From a virus: a stretch of 64,000 bases of DNA. Location of the stretch: positions 48,317 through 112,316 of the IMG/VR virus record IMGVR_UViG_3300047564_005910. One strand, 5' to 3'. The first letter of the stretch is position 1. Each line of letters begins with the position of its first letter. A program made the translations under genes and the position numbers. The notes under the pieces were generated by a model. It had not been told where the DNA came from and did no database searches. It saw only the letters and a list, made by a program, of their open reading frames with translations. Shown here one piece after another: positions 1 to 10,072 of this stretch.

Positions 1-2736
1 TGCTCTGTTTCCCTCTAAATATACCACATCGTAACTAGGGTTCATGGCAGTAACTCTTTGTATTGTAGTAGCACTGTTAAGTGGGTTAGTAGTAATTGCT
101 GAAGGTCTATTAACCCGGGTGGTCCCGTAACCTAAAGATTTTGGTAAGTAATTGTAAGCTTTTCTTTGTTGTGGTACTTCAATCATTATTCTAGTACCTG
201 CGGTAATATAATCTGTTTCAGTGTTGTATAGACCGGGCCAATACCTATTAATGTATGAAGGTATTGTCATTATTATGTTAGCAGTAATTGGCGGTATTAT
301 GCTTTGGGTTTCAAGAGAAGTAACTACATTAATACCAGAAACAGGTATATGAGCTACAAAGGTAGACAAGAACGGTGTTGTAATAGATGATAATCTCATT
401 ATTTCAAACCTATAATCTACCCCGCGAGCAGTTATATCAGGCATTATAGAACTGAGAGAGCTAACTGGTGATGTACGAGCTGAATACGATACAGAAAATG
501 TATAATTCGTTTTTAAAGACTCCCCGTTAAACGCTTCTCGGTTCCAAGTTTTTGGATACATACCAGCTGGGTAAATTTCTCTTTCTACTACCCAGTTTGT
601 TAAACCTACAAATCTTGTATCTCTCCATCTTAAGGGGGCATTTTTACTAGGACGTAAATTAAACCAGTCCCAATAATGACCGTAACGATCTTGAGACGGT
701 TTTATTAAGTATGGTGTAACGGCTACTGTTAACCAAACGTTATCTTTTCTATCAATATAGATAGAAGTAGGATTATAAATTGTTGGTAAAATAATAGTTG
801 AAAGTAGACTACCCGTTGAACTGTACTTACGAAGCTCATTATATAGGTATTCTGTATGGGTACTCCAAATATTATTTTGGCTGTCCGTATCAATTAAAGA
901 GTAAACTGATAAGTTTCTTTCTTTAAGTGGTTCGCTAACAGGTGGTGCGTCTTTATTAATAGAGGTATGTGCCGTTCTAAATAAAATGTCTCCATCTCTG
1001 TTAAGTTTTATAAGTCTTAGTTCATCATAAAAACTTACCCAAACATCTCTATTTTTATCAAGTTTTACCTGTAAGGGAGCACTACGATCAAACGGTCGTT
1101 TATTCTTGTTAAGATATCTAGGATCCGTATCAAAGTATGACATTAGGCTTATAGCTGTTAGCACTTGATGATCTTTGTTAAGACGATATATATTATTTGT
1201 GTCTGGATCTGCAACCCAATAAATTCGATCGACGGGGTCATACGCAACACTATGAGGGGTATTTAGGGTAGGGTATGCTGTTGTTTTAGAAGTAAAAGTT
1301 TTTTCTAAGTCGGTAGATTCTAACCATTCAGTTTCTAAAACTTTATCATAAATTAGCTTATTATGTACTATACTTTTATTTGTATGTGGTAAATTAAAGT
1401 TTTTATTTACGAGTTTGACCTCCGGGTTATATACATTTAAATACGTCGTATTAAAAAAGCTTGGTTTGTATGATGTTGCAGGTATCATAAGCGTTGCGCT
1501 TAATGTAACTGCTCGCTTTTCCGGTGAATATATTTTTACAGAATCGAAAGCAAACCCCGCTACAGGTAGCCCCTGTATATTGTGCTTATAAAACCGTACA
1601 GGGATGTTTGGATATTCTTCAAGTATAACTTCTTCTTTAATAAAAAAATCAATTTTAACACTGGTTGGCGTAATAGAAGACAAAGAATAATTACCCCAAA
1701 TACCCGTTAAAAACGCGCTAGATGTTTCTGCGGTTTTAATGGCTGATGATGTGTACGTATTAAACGTGTTTGTAACCTTTCTGTTTAAAGATAAGGATGG
1801 TGTATCAGAGTCTGGGTAAGAAAAATTTATTGTATCATTTTGTCGTTTTAAAATGTTAACGGGGTAATAGTCTACATTTTGTGGTGTATTTTTGTTTATT
1901 TTATAACCTTCTCTATTCCAAGCTAATGTTACTAAATACGGAATTTTTATTCCTGACCACTTTGTTTGGTAGATATTACTAATAACCGTTTCTGAAATTT
2001 TTAAGTGTGTTGGTAGGGGTTTATCCGTGTACCAAAATGTTGCTTTTTGTATGGTGTTTTGAGTGCTGTTTAAACGATCGTTTTCTTGAGTGGTAGTTTT
2101 TAATGTAGCAAAAATTACTGTTGGTTGTTCTAAATACGGATCGTTAATACCTATATCTTCAGTAAAATAAAAGTTAACTGAACCTTTATAACCAATTAAT
2201 ATATTTTCAAAATATACAGGGGTATAATTTGTGGCAGTTAATTCTGTTACAACATTACCACTTAAATCATGAAACATCCATCGAGGAATTAATTGGTTCC
2301 AGGTTGGTTTAATTGGTGCATTATACGGGATTGATCTAGAATTATCAGCATATAGGGATATAACAGGGTCTCTTCCAGTTATAGTGGTTGTAAAGCTTAC
2401 CTTTATAGGAGTATCTGTTTTTTGACCCGAACCAACAAAATAATCCGGTATGTGGTCAAAATATATTGTGTCACTTAAAAATTGACGTACACTAACAGTA
2501 ATAGTGGTGCTTTGTTGTTTATTTTCTTCGTCCCAAATAGTTAACCTAACAGTATAGGTACCACTATTAAAAAATTTATGCGTAATTTTAGGGGTATTAT
2601 GATACGAAGTACCGTCACTTATAACCCAAAGATATTTTTGTATAGAAGTATTTGTTACAGAGCGACTTTCAAATACAAATTCTGTAAAATTTGTATAGCC
2701 TGTTCTAAACTTTGTATATATAAGTGCTTGTAACAT
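1..2736 (-). CDS. Large baseplate/virion protein with N-terminal PKD (Ig-like) domain and beta-propeller-like repeats; 3' end runs off the window (missing from the ORF track)
   Basis: ATG at 2736, 4 nt after the gp6 stop. Manual translation of the start gives MLQALIYTKFRTGYTNFTEFVFESRSVTNTSIQKYLWVISDGTSYHNTPKITHKFFNSGTYTVRLTIWDEE, matching the PKD pattern YxW..DG..H.F...GTYTV.LT. Later IWVADPD / DVWVSFYD / NIWSTH / NVWLTV segments resemble NHL/propeller blades. Not every codon was checked. Confidence 0.7.
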   Translation of the reverse strand, partial: MLQALIYTKFRTGYTNFTEFVFESRSVTNTSIQKYLWVISDGTSYHNTPKITHKFFNSGTYTVRLTIWDEENKQQSTTITVSVRQFLSDTIYFDHIPDYFVGSGQKTDTPIKVSFTTTITGRDPVISLYADNSRSIPYNAPIKPTWNQLIPRWMFHDLSGNVVTELTATNYTPVYFENILIGYKGSVNFYFTEDIGINDPYLEQPTVIFATLKTTTQENDRLNSTQNTIQKATFWYTDKPLPTHLKISETVISNIYQTKWSGIKIPYLVTLAWNREGYKINKNTPQNVDYYPVNILKRQNDTINFSYPDSDTPSLSLNRKVTNTFNTYTSSAIKTAETSSAFLTGIWGNYSLSSITPTSVKIDFFIKEEVILEEYPNIPVRFYKHNIQGLPVAGFAFDSVKIYSPEKRAVTLSATLMIPATSYKPSFFNTTYLNVYNPEVKLVNKNFNLPHTNKSIVHNKLIYDKVLETEWLESTDLEKTFTSKTTAYPTLNTPHSVAYDPVDRIYWVADPDTNNIYRLNKDHQVLTAISLMSYFDTDPRYLNKNKRPFDRSAPLQVKLDKNRDVWVSFYDELRLIKLNRDGDILFRTAHTSINKDAPPVSEPLKERNLSVYSLIDTDSQNNIWSTHTEYLYNELRKYSSTGSLLSTIILPTIYNPTSIYIDRKDNVWLTVAVTPYLIKPSQDRYGHYWDWFNLRPSKNAPLRWRDTRFVGLTNWVVEREIYPAGMYPKTWNREAFNGESLKTNYTFSVSYSARTSPVSSLSSIMPDITARGVDYRFEIMRLSSITTPFLSTFVAHIPVSGINVVTSLETQSIIPPITANIIMTIPSYINRYWPGLYNTETDYITAGTRIMIEVPQQRKAYNYLPKSLGYGTTRVNRPSAITTNPLNSATTIQRVTAMNPSYDVVYLEGNRA

Positions 2737-2740
2737 GATT

Positions 2741-4564
2741 CTAGTATTCTAGAACTTGATACGTTATATTTTTTGTTTCAAGCTCAACTTTATTTACAAT
2801 ATAATCAATGTTGTAAAAGTACACAAACTCAAAATCTTTTACTTTATAGTTAGTACTAACAACTTGTTTATCTCTTTCCGGGTATGTTGGGTTCCAAACA
2901 AAAAACGATAAACCTGATGTAATAATTGTTTGTTCGTCTTCTGTTACTCTTTGTGTGTAAACATCAGACACCCCATCGATAGAAACGATATCACTATATA
3001 GCTGTCTTAAGTCGAGCAATTCCCCGAACATTCTACTGGATGTAAAGAAACTTTTAATAACCTCTATTACCCTATTTTTAATATAACTATCATCTATAGC
3101 TACATTTAGATCTCTTTTTATAACTAATTTACAGCTTTGTTCATTTTCTAAGTCAATATCCCCAAAAGTATTTGTTACGCCAAATGTTATAGCTTTATAA
3201 ACAGGGTCTACAAAAACAATTTCTGAGGTTGAAGTTTTACGTTCTTGTAATGCATCGATTATTAATTGTTTTAAACTAGGTTGTACAAAGTTAACTGTAC
3301 CGTTTTGTAGTCTTGGGGCTAATAAGATATAAATGTTGTTAAAATTACATGAATCTGCAAAATAAATTTGATTAAAAAGCGGTCTATCGGTTTTATCTAA
3401 ATCTTGTAACCCGATATCTTTATAGTACTTCAAATACGTTGTTAGGTAGGTCCAGTTGTTTATAACTTTTACATCCGTTAAGAGGTAAGAGTATCTTTCT
3501 CTTATAAAAGATTCATAATCAGTTAGAGAGACAAGTCTGTTAGCAGACCGAAAACTTTTTGGTGCGTTTGTACGAATTTCTTCAACGTCTTCTGCAGATG
3601 AAAATGGAGTCGATCCTTGCGGGTTTGATAGAATAAAGTTATTTGCTAAATTTGAATTTAAGCTATTAAGTTGTTGTTTTTGGGTGTCATTGTATACCTG
3701 ATTAAACAACGGGGTATTAAAGATGTTTAATGATGTTTGGCGTAATGCGTAAGGACCGACCTCACCTAATTTACCGGTGCTTGCTAAATAATAAACCTGT
3801 ACAATATCTCCTTCGTTTAGTTTATTACCGTATATGCTATTACCAAATTTTAATTCTATTTGTTTATATTCGTTTACTCTTGGTTCGAATACCATAGACG
3901 TATTTGTTTCGTAAAAAATGTTAGCAGTACGTTCATATTTTATATATGAATTTTGAGCTTTAGGTTTTATATAAACGTCTAAATTATTGTAATCAACAAT
4001 ATCTTTAGTATTAATTACAAACGTTTCAAAATTTTCCCCTGTAGCTACAAACGCTGGGTGTTCAATCCAAGTACCTTCAAATAAAAGTTTACGTCGGGAT
4101 AAGTCTTCTAAATAAACAACTCCTTCTTGTGGTTTGTAAAAATTTACATCTTCAACAAACGAATAACGAGTACGGTTTGTAAAAACATAACTATAACGAG
4201 GTATAGTGTAGCTACCTATAGGTAAAAAGCTTTTAGCTGATGCTTCAAAAGAAAGAGTTGCTGTCTGATCCCCTACAGGTTTGTAATTAATAAGTTTTAC
4301 AATACGATTTATATTTTCATATAACTCCGCTTCAGAAAACAATGTTTCGGTGGAAGTTTTATTTAGGTAATATATTAATGTATGATAAGAATACGATATG
4401 ATATCAATAATTGAAGCAAGATTACTACCTATATAGTTTTGATCTGTAAAATTACTGTTTTCACTTAATCTGTCTATGATTAACTGTCTTAATGATAGAG
4501 CGTCAAACGCAGCGTAGCCGTTTTTAGGGATTGTAAAGTCTGATTGTATTTGCTGATCTTTCAT
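2741..4564 (-). CDS. gp6: Baseplate wedge protein (T4 gp6-like)
   Basis: FTDQNYIGSNLASIIDIISY and EDVEEIRTNAPKSFRSANRLVSLTDYE motifs typical of gp6/baseplate J; next to gp25. Confidence 0.9.
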   Translation of the reverse strand: MKDQQIQSDFTIPKNGYAAFDALSLRQLIIDRLSENSNFTDQNYIGSNLASIIDIISYSYHTLIYYLNKTSTETLFSEAELYENINRIVKLINYKPVGDQTATLSFEASAKSFLPIGSYTIPRYSYVFTNRTRYSFVEDVNFYKPQEGVVYLEDLSRRKLLFEGTWIEHPAFVATGENFETFVINTKDIVDYNNLDVYIKPKAQNSYIKYERTANIFYETNTSMVFEPRVNEYKQIELKFGNSIYGNKLNEGDIVQVYYLASTGKLGEVGPYALRQTSLNIFNTPLFNQVYNDTQKQQLNSLNSNLANNFILSNPQGSTPFSSAEDVEEIRTNAPKSFRSANRLVSLTDYESFIRERYSYLLTDVKVINNWTYLTTYLKYYKDIGLQDLDKTDRPLFNQIYFADSCNFNNIYILLAPRLQNGTVNFVQPSLKQLIIDALQERKTSTSEIVFVDPVYKAITFGVTNTFGDIDLENEQSCKLVIKRDLNVAIDDSYIKNRVIEVIKSFFTSSRMFGELLDLRQLYSDIVSIDGVSDVYTQRVTEDEQTIITSGLSFFVWNPTYPERDKQVVSTNYKVKDFEFVYFYNIDYIVNKVELETKNITYQVLEY

Positions 4565-4569
4565 GTTTG

Positions 4570-5067
4570 TTATTTGTTACGAGATGTAGGTATAGAAATT
4601 ATTGATTGACGTTTTAAGTCAAAGTTATAAAGTGTTTCAAAATTGGTTCTAAGTACAGGTATTTCTAAAAATATTGATATTATATAAGCATTTTCATCAG
4701 GCTTACCATCTACTATTATTTTTCTTACAATAACTCTTGGTTCAAATTTTTTAATAGCTGTGTGCATTTTGTTACCTATCATTTGAGCTGTTGTTTCAGT
4801 TATAGGTTCGAACAAAAACTGATATAAATCTAAGCCATATTCCGGAAACAAGAATCTTTGTCCCGGTAGAGTATTGAAAAGATTTGTTAGAGAGTTAATA
4901 ATAGCTTTTGTATCAAAACTAGCTTGAATATCGGAACCAGGAACCGAGTTTTCGAAGCCCGGTTGTATTATTTTTGTTTGAGAAACATCTAAGGTTAAAT
5001 CTTTATAAAAGAAGTCCGTATTGATCTCGGTTGCTATTTTTTCAAGAGTCTGTATTTTGATAGCCAT
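4570..5067 (-). CDS. gp25: Baseplate wedge subunit (gp25-like)
   Basis: AIINSLTNLFNTLPGQRFLFPEYGLDLYQFLFEP...IKKFEPRV, the gp25/GPW signature. Confidence 0.9.
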   Translation of the reverse strand: MAIKIQTLEKIATEINTDFFYKDLTLDVSQTKIIQPGFENSVPGSDIQASFDTKAIINSLTNLFNTLPGQRFLFPEYGLDLYQFLFEPITETTAQMIGNKMHTAIKKFEPRVIVRKIIVDGKPDENAYIISIFLEIPVLRTNFETLYNFDLKRQSIISIPTSRNK

Positions 5068-5077
5068 TTTACACTAT

Positions 5078-5102
5078 TATTTAGGGCTAGAACACATAAA
5101 TA
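5078..5102. promoter_or_regulatory. Divergent late promoters (TAAATA on both strands)
   Basis: TAAATA on the minus strand at 5083-5078 (gp25) and on the plus strand at 5097-5102; resembles the T4 gp55 late promoter TATAAATA. Confidence 0.6.
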
Positions 5103-5105
5103 ATA

Positions 5106-5669
5106 ATGATTCACATGGAAACACAATTTAATCTTTTATACGAGAATTTACTAGAACGTTATCAACAAGGTGGGTATCTAATCGGGGATCGTGTTAGATT
5201 TCGCAAAGATTGTCTTAATCTTGAGTTCTTTAAAGGTAAGGCTAAAGGGTTTATTGATTTAATAAGAAGTTGTATGGATGAAAACTTTGATCTTAATTTA
5301 AGAATTAGTGCTCTAAAAAGTATTTACCCTACAACAACCCAAAACTATCGCGGCGGGACTGAATCTCCAGATTGTGTCTACGCTGATGTAATAATAGAGT
5401 ACGCCCCTGGTTTATATCGCAACCCGATGACAGTACCTATTGAATCGTTTGAATTAATGGAAGATGGCGTTAATACAGGGCCAGTACCTGATAGTATTAA
5501 GCGTAAAGGAGATATCGATATTAAACCAGTACCGGTTAGTACAAAAGGTACAGAAAATTTTGAAGTAAATCTCACTAACAAAAATACACAATTGCCAGGG
5601 GGTAGTAGATACAACGATTCAAAGCCATCGGCTAATTGGAAACCTCTTCCAAAGAATAAAAAGCACTAA
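5106..5669 (+). CDS. Hypothetical late protein, possibly virion-internal
   Basis: 187-aa ORF after TAAATA. The alternative start METQFNLLYENLLE resembles a capsid-targeting N-terminus. Confidence 0.6.
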   Translation: MIHMETQFNLLYENLLERYQQGGYLIGDRVRFRKDCLNLEFFKGKAKGFIDLIRSCMDENFDLNLRISALKSIYPTTTQNYRGGTESPDCVYADVIIEYAPGLYRNPMTVPIESFELMEDGVNTGPVPDSIKRKGDIDIKPVPVSTKGTENFEVNLTNKNTQLPGGSRYNDSKPSANWKPLPKNKKH

Positions 5670-5724
5670 TATTTGTAGCAATTCTAGCTTTTGTGGCTAA
5701 ACTGGCATAAATTAATTTACATTT

Positions 5725-7713
5725 ATGGCTACATACGTTTCTGATCTTTTACCCGAACCATTTTTAAAGCAGTACCAAGATAAAACACCACCATGGGGTT
5801 TTAATGGGTTAGGTTATATAGTGTATAAAAGAACATACGCTCGTAAATTAGAGGGTACAGATCAAACGGAAGAATGGTGGCAGACAGTGGCTCGTTGTAT
5901 TAATGGAGCACAAGAAATTGGAGCTGATTATACTCAGGCTGAAGCACAAAGGTTATACGACCTTATTTTTAATCTTAAATGCAATTTTGCAGGGCGTATG
6001 CTTTGGCAGCTTGGTACAGAGACTGTAAAAAAGTTTGGTGCTAATTCATTACTGAATTGCTGGTATGTATCTATTAATGACCCAAAGACTTTTCTTTTTA
6101 TATTTGAAAACTTAATGCTTGGTGGTGGTGTTGGCTTCTCTATTCGTAGAGAAGATATTCATGAACTACCTAAGATTAAAAAAGGAGTAACTGTAGAACA
6201 TCAATGTACTAAAGACGCAGATTTTATTGTACCTGATTCTCGTTCAGGGTGGGTTGAATTACTTCGTAAGGTGCTAGAGGCATATTATAATACCGGTAAA
6301 TCATTTTCTTATTCCACTATTCTCATAAGAGGGGCCGGTGAAAGAATAACCGGTTTTGGTGGAACAGCATCTGGACCGGGTATTTTAATTGAAGGTATCG
6401 GTAAAATTTCTCAAATACTTCAACAAAGAGAAGGTAAAAAACTTCGCTCTACCGATGTATTAGATATCTGTAATATAATTGGTTCGATTGTAGTTGCTGG
6501 AAACGTAAGACGCTCAGCACAAATAGCTTTAGGTGACCCTGATGATTATCTCTATCTTAGAGCTAAAAACTGGTCATTAGGTAATATTCCAAACTGGAGA
6601 GCTATGTCTAATAACACGATATATGCCGATGACTTTTCCCATATTTCTAGTGAAATATGGTCTAACGGTTACGTAACTGATAAAGAAACAGGGTTTGCAA
6701 AAGGGGAACCGTATGGATTCTTTAATTTGCCTTTATCTCAAAAATATGGCCGCCTTAAAGACGGGCAAATGAAAAAGTCTAAACTTTATCCTACTGATGA
6801 AGATAATGTTTTGGGTACTAATCCTTGTGCAGAAATTTCATTAAATTCCTATGAATGTTGCAACCTTTCAGAACTTTATCTAAACAATATTACTTCTGCA
6901 GAAGAGTTGGTAGAATGCGCAACACTTCTTTATAAAACACAAAAAGCAACTGCGGCAATGCCGTTTATACACGACGAAACAAATAAAATCGTTCATAAAA
7001 ACATGAGATTGGGTCTCGGTGTTACAGGTATTTGTCAGTGTACTGATGAAAAAATAGAGTGGTTAGACAAAGGGTACGAAGCTTTACGTAAGTTTGATAA
7101 AGAATGGTCTAAACACAAGGGATACCCTGAATCTATTAAGTTAACCACTGTTAAACCTTCAGGTACTCTATCCCTTCTTGCAGGGTCAACACCCGGGGTA
7201 CACCCGGCTTATTCGCCATTTTATATTCGCCGAGTAAGAATGGGATCTGGGGATAAACTTGTAAATATCTGTCGAGATCTTGGGTATCATGTTGAATTTG
7301 TTCGTGGCTTTGATGGTAAAGAAGATCATTCGACCATAGTTGTTGAGTTTCCGTGTTATGCGGGCGGTAATTGTGTTGTAGCTAAAAATATGACCGCAGT
7401 ACAGCAGCTTGACCTTGTTAAAAAACTTCAAACTTACTGGTCTGATAATGCCGTATCAGTAACTGTATATTACAGACAGGATGAACTTGAAGAAATTAAA
7501 GCTTGGTTGGAAGTAAATTATGAAACATCAATAAAATCAGTTTCATTTTTACTACACAACGAACACGGGTTTGCTCAAGCCCCGTACGAAGAAATAACTG
7601 AAGAAGAGTATAATAAGTCTGTTGAGAGGGTTAAATCAATAACTACAATCAATATCGGGCAAGGGGAAATTGAAAGTATGGAATGTGTTGGCGGGGTTTG
7701 CCCTATTAAATAG
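5725..7713 (+). CDS. nrdJ: Class II adenosylcobalamin-dependent ribonucleotide reductase (monomeric RTPR type)
   Basis: VVAGNVRRSA, GTNPCAEI, TTVKPSGTLSLL and the C-terminal ECVGGVCPIK redox tail. Confidence 0.95.
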   Translation: MATYVSDLLPEPFLKQYQDKTPPWGFNGLGYIVYKRTYARKLEGTDQTEEWWQTVARCINGAQEIGADYTQAEAQRLYDLIFNLKCNFAGRMLWQLGTETVKKFGANSLLNCWYVSINDPKTFLFIFENLMLGGGVGFSIRREDIHELPKIKKGVTVEHQCTKDADFIVPDSRSGWVELLRKVLEAYYNTGKSFSYSTILIRGAGERITGFGGTASGPGILIEGIGKISQILQQREGKKLRSTDVLDICNIIGSIVVAGNVRRSAQIALGDPDDYLYLRAKNWSLGNIPNWRAMSNNTIYADDFSHISSEIWSNGYVTDKETGFAKGEPYGFFNLPLSQKYGRLKDGQMKKSKLYPTDEDNVLGTNPCAEISLNSYECCNLSELYLNNITSAEELVECATLLYKTQKATAAMPFIHDETNKIVHKNMRLGLGVTGICQCTDEKIEWLDKGYEALRKFDKEWSKHKGYPESIKLTTVKPSGTLSLLAGSTPGVHPAYSPFYIRRVRMGSGDKLVNICRDLGYHVEFVRGFDGKEDHSTIVVEFPCYAGGNCVVAKNMTAVQQLDLVKKLQTYWSDNAVSVTVYYRQDELEEIKAWLEVNYETSIKSVSFLLHNEHGFAQAPYEEITEEEYNKSVERVKSITTINIGQGEIESMECVGGVCPIK

Positions 7714-8209
7714 TTTCTTCGCTAATAACTTCACTATCTAAAATAGTTATAGGCTCAACTTCTTTTTCAGCTTCTAATAACTGTTTAATAATTTCTTCCC
7801 GGGAAGCGATTAAAACATTTGTATTATTAGTAACATTATTATTTGGTAACATACCAGCAACCGCTTTACGGCCTGCTATATCAATTTCTTTTAATTCTCT
7901 ATCGGTTTTTGCTTTCTTGTTTTGTAGATTAATACGATTTAACGCTTCCAATGCTTTAGTTGTCGAAGATATAAGTTCTGATAAGGCTGCTATTTCATCA
8001 GGGTTTTGTCCTTGTACTATAAAATCTTTTAAATCTTCTACCGCCCCTAAGCCTGAGTTAATTAACTTACTGGCTTTTTTAAGTATAAATTCGTTTATAT
8101 TTTCGTCTGTTAAATCGTTATTTTGTTCTGCTCTAACAGGTTTTTGAGTATTTGTCGGTAACTGAAAACTAGACAATTCATCTAGTAATGTGTTTAAATC
8201 ATCTGACAT
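7706..8209 (-). CDS. gp16: Probable terminase small subunit (gp16-like)
   Basis: Helical/coiled protein ending NNVTNNTNVLIASREEIIKQL, like the T4-family gp16 tail motif (TNN..FVGST.EL). Preceded by a TAATTA late-type element. Confidence 0.6.
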   Translation of the reverse strand: MSDDLNTLLDELSSFQLPTNTQKPVRAEQNNDLTDENINEFILKKASKLINSGLGAVEDLKDFIVQGQNPDEIAALSELISSTTKALEALNRINLQNKKAKTDRELKEIDIAGRKAVAGMLPNNNVTNNTNVLIASREEIIKQLLEAEKEVEPITILDSEVISEETI

Positions 8210-8229
8210 AAAATTAATTAAGGTAAAAG

Positions 8230-8257
8230 TTGAATCTTTTATACAAGGTTGTATAAT
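8230..8257 (+). promoter_or_regulatory. Sigma70-like early promoter
   Basis: TTGAAT-N16-TATAAT upstream of the 8267 ORF / dut / clamp loader run. Confidence 0.6.
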
Positions 8258-8266
8258 ATATAAATT

Positions 8267-8434
8267 ATGGAAATTATAGTCAACACCTTATATGGTACTT
8301 ATATTGTACCAGCAAGTAAAGCAGATCAATTAGTAGCGTGGCTGCAACAAAACGCTGTGAAGCAAGGTCAGCAACCTATCGGTGAAATAAAACAAGACGG
8401 AAATTACTTAGGTAAACAGCTTATTAATGAATAA
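8267..8434 (+). CDS. Small hypothetical protein (55 aa, not in the ORF track)
   Basis: MEIIVNTLYGTYIVPASKADQLVAWLQQNAVKQGQQPIGEIKQDGNYLGKQLINE*; fills the gap after a promoter and overlaps the dut start. Confidence 0.65.
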   Translation: MEIIVNTLYGTYIVPASKADQLVAWLQQNAVKQGQQPIGEIKQDGNYLGKQLINE

Positions 8435-8930
8435 TTCATTTACAACATATACATCTCCACAATACGATCCTAAATCGTTAGATCTTAGTAGTTGGAAAAT
8501 AAAGTTTTTAAAAACACATACAGACGCTATTTTACCAGAAAGAAAGCATGACGATACGTTTACCGGGGATAGCGGATACGACGTAACAGCGGTAGAAGAT
8601 AAAATTATTCCTGCAAGAGGAGCAGCTATCGTCGAGGTTGGCCTAAAGTTAGCTTATGTTCCTCCTGGTTTGTGGATACGGGTAGAAAGTAGATCCGGGC
8701 TGCAATTTAAACACGGAATATCTGCTTTTAACGGTATTATTGATAACTCATATCGTGGGGATTGCGGTATTCGTTTAATAAACAATAGCGACAAAGACTA
8801 TGAAGTAAAAAAGGGTGACCGTATAGCTCAATTTGTAGTCTATACTTTAGTAGCTCCGCAAACAGACTGGGCAGAAGAAGTACAAGAAACTGTGCGCGGG
8901 GAAAAAGGTTTTGGAAGTAGCGGTCGTTGA
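8427..8930 (+). CDS. dut: Trimeric dUTPase
   Basis: GDSGYD, SRSGL, GIIDNSYRG, GDRIAQ and RGEKGFGSSG motifs. Confidence 0.95.
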   Translation: MNNSFTTYTSPQYDPKSLDLSSWKIKFLKTHTDAILPERKHDDTFTGDSGYDVTAVEDKIIPARGAAIVEVGLKLAYVPPGLWIRVESRSGLQFKHGISAFNGIIDNSYRGDCGIRLINNSDKDYEVKKGDRIAQFVVYTLVAPQTDWAEEVQETVRGEKGFGSSGR

Positions 8931-8945
8931 TAGTATAATACAACT

Positions 8946-9866
8946 ATGTTTGATAACCTGTATATTGAGAGATATCGCCCTAAAACTTTAGACGATATTA
9001 TTTTAACTAAAGAAGAAAAAAATTACTTTCTCTCTTTAAAAGACAAGAAAGAAATACCTCATCTTCTTTTTACAGGTTCGCCCGGGACAGGTAAAACGTC
9101 TTTAGCAAAAATATTGGTAACGGACGTCTTAAATTGTCAATACCTTTACATTAATGCTTCAGATGAGAATGGTATTGATACTATTAGAAGTAAAGTTATA
9201 GGGTTTTCTCAAACAAAGTCCTTTGATGGGGGCTTGAAGGTTGTCTTGTTTGATGAGTGCGATTCTATAACGTTTGATGCACAAAAAGCCTTAAGAAATG
9301 TTATAGAAGAATATTCGTCTAATACTCGTTTTATTTTTACTTGTAACTATCTTTTTAAGATTATACCGGCTTTAAAATCTAGATGTCAAGTTTTTGAATT
9401 TGCACCACCTATAGATTTGATAGTCGGTCGGGTATCTGAGATTCTCAAGACAGAAAAAATAACAGTGCCGGAGACTGAAAAAGGTAAACTAATTGAATTA
9501 GTAAGAAAAAATTACCCAGATATTAGACGTATAATTAACGACGTACAAAAATATTCGTATTCAGGATCTTTACTGATAAAAGAAAAACAAATAACAACTC
9601 TTACAGATAAAATAGTAACTTCAGTTCTTACTAAACAAAACCTATTTAGTTTACGTAAACAGATTATAGAAAATGAAGTTGAGTTTTCGAGTGACTATCA
9701 TTTTCTATTAAAAGAAATGTTTGAGTGTATTTTTAATAAAGAAATCCCGGAAGATAAAAAAACTAATCTTCTTTTAACTATTTCTGAAGCGATGTATCAA
9801 GACGCTCTTGTTGTTGATAAAGAAATAAACTGGTTTAGTTGTTGTTTAAAACTTTCTTCTTACTAG
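8946..9866 (+). CDS. gp44: Sliding clamp loader large subunit (gp44/RFC-like AAA+)
   Basis: ERYRP, GSPGTGKT, INASDENGID, DECD and SRC motifs. Confidence 0.93.
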   Translation: MFDNLYIERYRPKTLDDIILTKEEKNYFLSLKDKKEIPHLLFTGSPGTGKTSLAKILVTDVLNCQYLYINASDENGIDTIRSKVIGFSQTKSFDGGLKVVLFDECDSITFDAQKALRNVIEEYSSNTRFIFTCNYLFKIIPALKSRCQVFEFAPPIDLIVGRVSEILKTEKITVPETEKGKLIELVRKNYPDIRRIINDVQKYSYSGSLLIKEKQITTLTDKIVTSVLTKQNLFSLRKQIIENEVEFSSDYHFLLKEMFECIFNKEIPEDKKTNLLLTISEAMYQDALVVDKEINWFSCCLKLSSY

Positions 9867-10069
9867 CGGCCACAACATCTACTTGTTGGAGCTGCAGCTT
9901 CTTGAGTAGATGTTTGTGTTTGCTGAGTAATAAACCCTTGTACTGCCGCAGCTGCGGCTTGATGAGAGTCATATAAACCTGTTAAATGTACAGGGGTACC
10001 GGTATTAGAGTCTTTAACAACCCCGCATATTTTATTATTTACAACTTCGTACTCTACAATATATGTCAT
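9863..10069 (-). CDS. Small hypothetical protein
   Basis: 68-aa ORF directly after the 830-aa gene; ends RCCGR. Confidence 0.55.
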   Translation of the reverse strand: MTYIVEYEVVNNKICGVVKDSNTGTPVHLTGLYDSHQAAAAAVQGFITQQTQTSTQEAAAPTSRCCGR

Positions 10070-10072
10070 GTT

